A stretch of DNA of 57,236 nt from Octopus bimaculoides. Its lineage: Eukaryota. The stretch is from positions 79,653,856 through 79,711,091 of the forward strand of contig NC_068981.1 in assembly GCF_001194135.2 (NCBI RefSeq). Reading direction: 5' to 3'. Shown here in pieces: positions 48,885 through 57,236 of this stretch. The notes under the pieces were generated by a model that was not told the origin of the DNA, searched no databases, and saw only the letters and a program-made list of their open reading frames with translations. Position 1 is the first letter of the stretch. Each line of letters begins with the position of its first letter. Position numbers and translations under genes: made by a program.

Positions 48885-51800
48885 CTGGAAGTAAATATGG
48901 AATAACATTAACCCTTTAGCATGAAGATTATTCCACCGAATGTAATGCTTCTTTACTCACATTGTTTTGAATTAATCCTGAATTGTCTTGCAGCTTCAAT
49001 ATTTTGACTGTTTACTTTTAGAATGTCATCGTAGAGTAGGTGTGAGAGGCCAGTTTGAACATAAAACAGGCAGAATATTTTGGCCAGATATGGCTGGTCT
49101 AAATTCTAAGGGGTTAGGTGAAAGCAAACAAACATGAAATTCGTATGAGAAAATAAAAAATGAAATGGGGAGCAGATATAAGGCATTTCTCCATTCTTGG
49201 TTAAGTTACCTGTAAATAAACATATTCTCTGAAGACTCCATGTCAGGTTATGATAGCACATTACTCTGCCAGTGAACACTCAAAGACAAAAGAATCCCAA
49301 ACTCCTAAGGCCCATAGTATTGTAGAGCCTAGGCACATCTCACCAGTATTTCTAGTTTATTATCTTATAAAAATTGTTCTTTTCTAAATTATATTCACAG
49401 AAGTTGAACTCAGAACAGTAAGCTAATTAAACTCTTTCCAGCTTAACAATGCTGCTGCTGCTTACAACAGTAAACTGTTCCTATTTATAGCCTAATGGAC
49501 TGAACAATTTGTGAATAAAATATACTTCTTTTGACAGTGCACTAACATTCCAACCTCTTTGCCAGTTATTTGCTAGTCTGTTAATTCAATCATCTTTACT
49601 CTCATCTGAGATATAACGAATCAAAGATCGGCCTGTTAGATTTCCTTTTATGAAACAAGTATTTGATGATCCAGTTATTCACAATTGAGTTAAAATCATT
49701 GATCATTCTTGTGTACAGTGGCAGATTAGGCCTACACAGGATACACCTCATGTCTATGTGGGCTACGTGAGACATACTGGCATAAAAAAATGTATAAGAC
49801 TTATGAAGTTAAGATAATGAACTAGTGACTGTATCTTTTATTTTTTAACTTGTTTCAGCCATTAAACTGCGGCTATGCTGGGGCACCACCTGAAGAATTT
49901 TAGTTGAACAAATCAACCCCAATACTTATAATTTTGCTCTCTTTTAGCTAAACCACTAAGCTATGGAGATATAAATACACCAACACCAGTTGTCAAGAAG
50001 TGGTGGGGGACAAGCACCAACACAAAAATACTCATACTTATATATATATTTATACACATATGACATACTTCTTTCAGTTTCCATCTATCAAATAGAAGAC
50101 ACCTGCCCAAGGTGCCAAGCAGTGGGACTGAACTCAGAACCATGTGGTTGGGCAGCAAACTTCTTACCACACAGCCACACCTCAATTCTTGCAAGAGCCA
50201 GTGTATTGTATCCATAAACAAGGCACATATATCTTGTTCATTCCGTTTTTTTAAAGCTGAGTCAGAGGAGAAAGGGCAAAGCCCTTGATTCTTTCTAGGG
50301 CTTCTATAACTGGTGGGTGGAAGGATGAAAGTTATCATCAGACTAGAGACCTAACCTAAATACTCGTAACATAGTGGACGCCTCTAAAGGCATCTAAGTG
50401 TCAGATGGTAGAGTGAAGCTGGCAAATAAAGTCTATCACTCATGAACAGGAATGACCTCCTTCCACAGGATTGAACACTATTTCTGTTCAACAAATTTCA
50501 CACATGGTTTTGGAAACTTGAGATTATGGCAGGAGGTGATTTTCTAAAATGCTACTGAAAACCATGTAGTTGTGAATTGAAATTCTTAACCCGTGTGCAG
50601 GTCGCTTACGAGGCAGACCCCACTCAAGCACAGCAGGGAACCCCAACGGCAGACCTGGGGCAAATTGGCCACACATCAGGACTCCTACTTTCAGTGACCA
50701 CAGCCACCTCCCCAAGACCTGGTCCCAACGCCCGTGCAAGCCTAACTGGATGAAGGGGATCCCGGGGTGGATGGCACCATCCGTCAAGGAGTAGAGCTTC
50801 CCTGCCAGTACGACTGGAGAACGTAGCCGCAGCGGAAGGGTCATCTATACCAAGACACCGGTGTATTATAGTGGTTGGGGCCACTCAACCCGAATCTACG
50901 TGATCATCGGGATGCTCTGGTTTTTATAGTGGGCAACTCCACTGCCGATTTTCTGCAAGACTTCAAGCGAAGGAGCAAGCAGAGCCTTGACTTTTGTGGC
51001 CAAAACCACGCATCCAGGGGGTAAATCCATCCGCCTATGGGATCGGCTGCTAACCCCTCAATGCACGGATCATAACCTCACCTAAACACCCAGTATTTTT
51101 GAGTGGTTGGTGCCACCTTGCACGCTTGCCGGTTCCATCTAACCAAAGCCTTGTGAGTGGATTTGGTAGACGGAAACTGAAAGAAGCCCATCATATATAT
51201 GTATATGTATATATGTGTCTGTGTTTGTCCCCCCAACATCGCTTGACAACCGATGCTGGTGTGTTTACGTTCCCGTAACTTAGCGGTTCAGCAAAAGAGA
51301 CCGATAGAATAAGTACTAGGCTTACAAAGAATAAGTCCTGGGGTCAATTTACTCGACTAAAGCTGGTGCTCCAGCATGGCCGCAGCCAAATGACTGAAAC
51401 AAGTAAAAGAAATATATCCATGTTTAACTGGAAAAGATAATACAGGTTTTATTCTCACTTCAAAGCTCAGTCGATAATGATAGGAAGGGCATTTAACAGT
51501 AAAAAAAAAAATGCTGCTATAACATTTTGAAACAGATAAAATGATTGAATTAAAGTAAACCTTATTAAGGTCTACTTTAAGTTAGGTAAAGGAATATGGC
51601 AACAGTCAATTTCATTTGTCTATCAAAAACATGTTTCCTTGAGTTTTTTTTAATGAAGAGTTGGTTCTGCTCAGTAGGTGTATTTAACAGCCACAGTATT
51701 ATAAATCTATTACAGCAAGCATAACAGTTTGCCTTATAAATTGGGGCTAGAATGAATGATTTGGCAAAAACTGAACTGACCATTTTATTTGTAATAAATT

Positions 51801-54041
51801 AATTTTTACTCTGTGAAAATTTAGATGATTTAAAGGAACAAAAAAACCCTTTTGAATTTTAATATTATATAAATATATAGGTAATTAATTTCTTATATTT
51901 AATAATTAATTTGGTTAAATGTTTATTGGATTTAATAAAGAAAATCAATAGAACTTTATAAAATATGCAGGCCAAGCTAAGAGAACTAAAAATACAAGCA
52001 AAAGACAGATAGCATTGTGAATGAGGATAGAATATAAAATATATTCTCTTTATATTTCTAAACCCAGAAAAAAGAAACAACTCACCTGAATCAACAAGGA
52101 AAGAGAATTTTCGAGATGCTTGGATGAGGTATCGAAAGTTGTGCTGAAGGCGTAGAGATCTCTGAGAAGGGAACGACAGGGACACACAAAATAGAGGAGA
52201 CAATTTCCTGCAAATAACAATAAAATTATTGTTTCTAATTTAGACACAAGGCTTGCAATTTTGAGAGGAGGTGGTTTGTTAATACCATCGACTCCAATAC
52301 TTGGCTAACATTTTATCTACTCTGGAAGTATGAAAGGCAAAGTTGACCTCAGCAGGATTTAAACTCAGAATGTAAAGTTCCACAACTAAATAGCAGAAGG
52401 TATATTGGACATTCTAACCATTTTGCCAATCCACTGCCATTTAATAATAAAAGCATAATAATGATTAATAAGTATCTACCTCTGAAATGTGTGGCTTTAA
52501 GTACAAGGTCCTACATTTGTGAGAAAGGAAGGAGAGTAGAGCCAATATAACTAAACTGATACTCATTTTACTGAGCTTAGAAGAATAGAATGAAAAATCA
52601 AACACAGTGGGATTTGAACTCAAAACAGAAAAGAATGTAGTAAAATACTACAAAACACTTTGAACAAAAATACACACCACACCCCATCACTGCTACTACA
52701 ACAGCAATATTACAATATTATCAACATTACTGCAACAAGCAGCAGTTCTGGCAACACCTCCACTACCAGAAATATTACCTGTTCAGAATTAGCATACCAA
52801 GAATACAGAGGTGTAACAGGTGTGCAACTAAACAAAGGTTTTCCTATTTTCTGTAGTTTCTAAAGTTAAAAACTGTACGCACCAACACACACACATGCAC
52901 ACATACATATTACACACAACGCACACATCATTCAGATAAACAGACAGACATACCGAAAGGGATTAAACATAAATGCAGAGAGAAACAGATAGATCAGGAC
53001 TAAAAAAGAGAAAAGAATGAGTAAGAGAGTGACAAATATTCACACAGAAAGATTTAAGTGAAAGGAAAGAGGAAGCAGAAGAGAGGGAGAGGGGGAGAGA
53101 GAGAGAGAGAGTAAACCACAATGGAGGTCAGTAAATCACTCACTGTTTCTGTTTAGGACTCTGTATAACTGTGGCACGGATTGAGGGATCAGCATTTCTA
53201 ATCAGTAGTTGATGACAACACTCTGTGTCAGCACGGATAACACAGTGAAATAAGGCTGTTTGACCTTTGTAGTTTTTTACATTCAGCTGAAATGGACAGA
53301 TAAAAAAAATTTTAATCATCTTAGAATAATCAACATTTTAACATTTACTTTCACATGCTTGCATAAGTCAGATGAGACTTTGTATAGGTCAAGCTTTCTA
53401 TGGCCAGATGTCCATTTTGGCATCAACCCACACCTATTTCCAAGCAAGATAATGATTTCCTACCAGTCTATCAAAGAATGAACAAGCCAGAATGCTTACA
53501 TAAAGGACTGCAAAAAAAACAATGCTTTCTGTATGAACAGTGATAGATTTTTTTTTTTTTTTTGCGAGGGAGGATTGCTGTCTTTTTTATTTTTTTGACA
53601 ATCATCTCAGTCCTTTGACAAAGGATTTGGGTATTTGGTGCCTTGTTGTACTCAAGAAGACCCATCCTCCACAGTAGAAGTGTTAAGGCCACTCCCCCTG
53701 GTAAAGGGGATTAACCTGCAAGAACACTGTGCCAGTGCCATGTATAAAGCACTCATGCCAGTGCCACGTAAAAGTGCTCATGCAGGTAGCACGTTAAAAA
53801 AACCCAGCACACACTGTAAAGTGGTTGGTGTGAAGAAGGGCATCTAGCCACTGAAACCAAGCGAAATCAGACTGGAACTTGGTGCAGCTCTCTGGTTTGC
53901 CAGTTCTCCAGCCAAACCATCCAACCCATGCCAGTATGGAAAGCAGACGTTAAATGATGATGACGATGACCAGTACACATATCAAGTCAAAGAGAATACA
54001 CACTCGGTCATGCACTTACACACAAACACACATAGTTTCAG

Positions 54042-54073
<32 letters not shown>

Positions 54074-54083
54074 NNNNNNNNNN

Positions 54084-54118
<35 letters not shown>

Positions 54119-56941
54119 TTTCATGTGCAAGTGCATAGAATCTTCAGTCATCCTGAAGATCCAGTGCACCTGCAGATGAAAGAGTAGCAAGAGACTGACT
54201 CAATCAAAATAAAATATATTATTAATTATTATTAATTTCTACCATGGTAGTGAGCACTCGTTTTCCAATAGTTAACAGTAAATGGATACACACATACACA
54301 CATATATATATATAATGTGTGTGTGTGTGTGTGTGTGTGAAGGCGCATGGCTAGTGGTTAGAGCGTTGAGCTTACAATCGTGAGGTTGTGAGTTCGAATT
54401 CCGGACCGGGCTGCGTGTTATGTCCTTGAGCAAGACACTTTATTTCACGTTGCTCCAGTTCACTCAGCTGTAGAAGTGAGTTGCAACATCACAGGTGCCA
54501 AGCTGTATCAGCCTTTGCCTTTCCTTTGGATAACATCAGTGGCGTGGAGAGGGGAGGCCGGTATGCATGGGCATGACTGGTCTTCCATAAACAACCTTGG
54601 GGGGTCTCAGCAACAGCAGTGTGTGCGTGTATAGAAAAAGAAAAGGAAATGCAAAAGTTGTTGTAAAACTCTCTGCATTGTTAGAAGCTTTCTACAGGCT
54701 TCTTCCAGTTTCTGTCAACCAAATTTCACTCACAACCTGCAGCTATGACAGAGAGTATCATCTGACAGCATCCACACACTGGAACTGAACACTGAACCAT
54801 GTGGTTCAAAATCAAACTTTTTGAATGCACAGCCATGCTTGTTGTCAAGAATATCACTGTAAAAGAGGAATAGTAAAGTGGCAAGGGTTACCCTCATCTT
54901 CACTAATCAATTGTAAATTCTTAAAAAGCCCTTAGCAGTATTTGTTTCCTCAACTAACCATCTTTCCATTTACCTTACATCTTCATGCATTATACAAAAG
55001 CTAATATTTGTATGAAACAATGAGATGCTTGAACAAAAAGTTTTGCTTCAAAATCTATTTCAGAAACTTAACAGATCTATCTTTTATCTCTTACTTTTTA
55101 CTTGTTTTAGTCATTAGACAGCAGCCATGCTGGGGCACCACTTTGGATAAGTTTTTAGTCAAATGAATCAACTCCAAGACTTATTCTTTTAAGCCTAGTA
55201 CTTACTTCATCAATCTCTTTTGCTGAACCCCTAAGTGACAAGGACATAAATACACCAACTCCAGTTGTCAAGCAGCAGTGGGGAACAAACACAGATACAA
55301 AGATGCACACACACACACACACATACATACAATGGGCTTCTTTCAGTTTCCATCTACCAAATCCGCTCTCAAGGCTTTGGTTCACCCGAGGCTATAGTAG
55401 AAGACTCTTGCCCAAGATGCCATGCAGTGGGACTGAATCCGGAACCATGTGGTTGGGAAGCAAGCTTCTTACCACACAGCCACACCCATGCCTGTTGACT
55501 TTTCCTTTGTTTTAGTCATTGGATTACAGCCATGCTGGAGCATCATCTTGAAGAGTTTAGTTAAATAAATCAACTCCAGTAATTAAAATTTTTGCTTTTC
55601 TTATATTTGGTACTTATTTTACTGGTCTCTTTTGCTGAACCACCAAGTTACAGGAATGTAAACAAACCAGCACTAATAATGGTAGAGAGGGGAAACGCAC
55701 ACACACACACACACATATATATATATACAATGGGCTTCTTCACAGTTTCCATCTACCAAATTCACCCGTAAGGCATTGATCAGCCTGGGCTACAGTAGAA
55801 GACATTTGCCCTAGGTACTGCACATCATCATCACCATTTAACATCCAATTTCCATGCTGGCACAGGTTGGATGGTTTGACCAGAGGTGGTAGGACCAGGG
55901 GTCATACCAGGCCTCATTGTCTGTTCTGGCATGGTTTCTACAGCTGAATGACCTTCCTAACACCAAGCACTCAACAGAGTGTACTGAGTGCTTTTTATGT
56001 GACACCAGCACCAGTATCAGTTCTGCTGTGGCGGATGGGTCTTCTTAAGTATAGTTGGACTGACTCTGAAACTACGTGGTTACAAAATTTTAACCACACA
56101 GCCATGCCTGCACTTATAATGTTTACCCATCTCTTTTATATTTTATATTTTTTTTGTGGGGGAGGGCTTTTTTTTCCAATGCATGATGGATCCTTTTCTG
56201 AGACACAACAGTGTGGTTTAAAGACCCAGCTACTATATAGAGCTGGTCAAATGACTACACAGAGGCTCCAATCATTAATTCATTAATGTTATAGAGGTTA
56301 TTCTATGACTTTCTGCTGTTTTTCATTTGCAATTTTCTTATATTTTTCTCTCAAAAATTATTCTGATCTCAAGTAAGAGAACAAGACAGAAACTGTGCTG
56401 AAACCCACCGTGTGTGTGTGTGTGTGCGTGTGTGTGTGTATAAGTGTGAGTGTGTGTGTGTGTGTGATTTTGTGTCCCAGCATGACCATAGTCCTATGAT
56501 TGGAACAAGTAAAAGATAAAAAATAAAAAAATAAGTTAAAAATTATTCTAACAAATAGAATAAAAACAAAGACACACCAGAAATGAAACTAAAGTAAGGT
56601 AAAATAAATTTTTTTAAAGAAATTATTTCTTACATCAATATCACACTGATTGGCAAAGAAGTAAAAGAAATCTTTCTTCACTCCATCAATGGCAACATTA
56701 TCTTCTAAGGTGTTATCACTTGATGTTGGTGAGAGATCATTAATTTGTTTGTAGTCTGATTCACTGATTGAAATATCCAACAGACACAACAAAGGTGAAT
56801 TATGTCTTTGGTTGATAGCATTGATGTCACCTGCATTTTCACATAACAGTTTTGCCATTTCAATATCAAAGCCTCGAATTGCCAAAGTGTGTAAAGGGGT
56901 TTGATGATCTTCGTCTTTAATGTTGGGTTCACCACCAGTTG
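48370..56941 (-). CDS. Ankyrin-repeat protein with C-terminal BC-box/SOCS-like region (ASB-like); 3' four exons, 5' part outside window
   Basis: Four phase-consistent exons (56941-56634, 53286-53144, 52207-52086, 48884-48370) encode about 361 aa with ankyrin motifs DEDHQTPLHTLA..G...AKLLCENAGDINA and KNYKGQTALFHCV...LLIRNADPSI, and TLKQLAVRVI near the end. Confidence 0.88.
48912..49113 (+). mobile_element. piggyBac-type MITE
   Basis: TTAA|CCCTTTAGCAT...TTCTAAGGGG|TTAG; internal similarity to 36119-36335. Confidence 0.65.
49845..50180 (-). mobile_element. SINE family A
   Basis: acttgtttcagccatt...cagtgggactgaactcagaaccatgtggttgg. Confidence 0.85.
50590..51085 (+). mobile_element. GC-rich island, probably a LINE (RTE-like) 5' UTR fragment
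   Basis: Abrupt GC/CpG enrichment, no credible ORF; the RTE assignment is by general resemblance only. Confidence 0.35.
51143..51410 (+). mobile_element. SINE family A, 5'-truncated, well preserved
   Basis: ccaaagccttgtgagtggatttggtagacgg...gactgaaacaagtaaaaga. Confidence 0.9.
52086..52207 (-). CDS. Ankyrin gene exon
   Basis: tatttgcag|(Q)KLSPLFCVSLSFPSQRSLRLQHNFRYLIQASRKFSFLVDS(G)|gtgagt, phase 2-1; matches both neighbours. Confidence 0.88.
53144..53286 (-). CDS. Ankyrin gene exon
   Basis: catttcag|LNVKNYKGQTALFHCVIRADTECCHQLLIRNADPSIRATVIQSPKQK(Q)|gtgagt, phase 0-2. Confidence 0.92.
53740..53970 (+). mobile_element. SINE family B in the opposite orientation
   Basis: Ends ggaaagcagacgttaaatgatgatgacgatga, the reverse complement of the (cat)n ends elsewhere. 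Confidence 0.75.
54342..54599 (+). mobile_element. tRNA-derived SINE family D
   Basis: A-box TGGCTAGTGG, B-box GTTCGAATTCC, then gtccttgagcaagacactt core; no tRNA cloverleaf 3' half. Confidence 0.85.
55091..55490 (-). mobile_element. SINE family A, near full length
   Basis: Same architecture as 3690-4103. Confidence 0.88.
55500..56110 (-). mobile_element. SINE family A copy interrupted by a family B insertion (about 55822-56010)
   Basis: The A body stops at ...ctaggtactgca, a (cat)n-type B copy follows, and the A head resumes near 56060. Confidence 0.7.
56634..56941 (-). CDS. Ankyrin gene exon (ankyrin repeats)
   Basis: cttttacag|(x)TGGEPNIKDEDHQTPLHTLAIRGFDIEMAKLLCENAGDINAINQRHNSPLL...ANQCDID|gtaaga, phase 1-0. 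Confidence 0.92.
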
Positions 56942-57040
56942 CTGTAAAAGAAAAAAAACATAATTCAAATTATTTGCTTAGTTCGTTTTATTAAGCATAC
57001 TGCATATAACAAAATTTTGAATAACACGTTTCAAGAAACC

Positions 57041-57236
57041 GTGGTAAGTAGCTTGCTTACGAACCACATGGTTCCGGGTTCAGTCCCACTGCGTGGCACC
57101 TTGGGCAAGTGTCTTCTATTATAGCCTTGGGCCGACCAAAGCCTTGTGAGTGGATTTGGTAGACGGAAACTGAAAGAAGCCCGTTGTATATATGTATGTA
57201 TGTGTATGTATATCATCATCATCGTTTAACGTCCGC
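57041..57236 (+). mobile_element. SINE family A 5' half with a family B end inserted in its microsatellite
   Basis: gtggtaagtagcttgc...gaaagaagcccg, then tcatcatcatcgtttaacgtccgc at the window end. Confidence 0.9.

Noticed and set aside
50524-50884. Two overlapping minus-strand ORFs (106 and 86 aa)
   Set aside because: Expected by chance in a GC-rich island; no motifs or splice partners.
52779-52860. Candidate extra exon of the ankyrin gene
   Set aside because: The exons at 53144 and 52207 already join in phase with coherent sequence, and a phase 0-0 exon does not fit.
54342-54415. tRNA gene
   Set aside because: A and B boxes are present but there is no acceptor-stem 3' strand; it continues into a SINE body.
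1-57236. CRISPR arrays, rRNA, prokaryotic operons, C/D snoRNAs
   Set aside because: No repeat-spacer arrays or rRNA were seen. The TGATGA/CTGA pairs found had the wrong spacing or no terminal stem.

Overview
AT-rich, microsatellite- and SINE-dense animal genomic DNA with five N gaps. The repeat families point to an octopod cephalopod (Octopus); this is an inference. Two convergent intron-rich genes were reconstructed by hand from splice signals and reading phase. (1) Plus strand, about 12.6-40.6 kb: a divergent Ada2b/TADA2B (ZZ finger, SANT, ADA-box region). It has a long low-complexity in-frame N-terminal extension, a GC-AG first intron, an altered GYMP motif and no clear SWIRM domain. Its 3' region also has a frame-preserving microexon plus exon pair interrupted by a single in-frame TAG, which is a candidate A-to-I-recodable stop or alternative acceptor. 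(2) Minus strand, 48370-56941, 5' end outside the window: an ankyrin-repeat protein with a split BC-box/SOCS-like C-terminus. Mobile DNA includes an RTE LINE 3' relic with three C2H2 fingers, a Chapaev3-like transposase relic, a piggyBac element with intact TTAA/TIR ends, a TGT..ACA MITE with 71-bp TIRs, piggyBac and hAT MITEs, and at least four SINE-like families. A 63-nt hairpin lies in an intron of gene 2. No databases or folding programs were run; comparisons with human or fly proteins are from memory.
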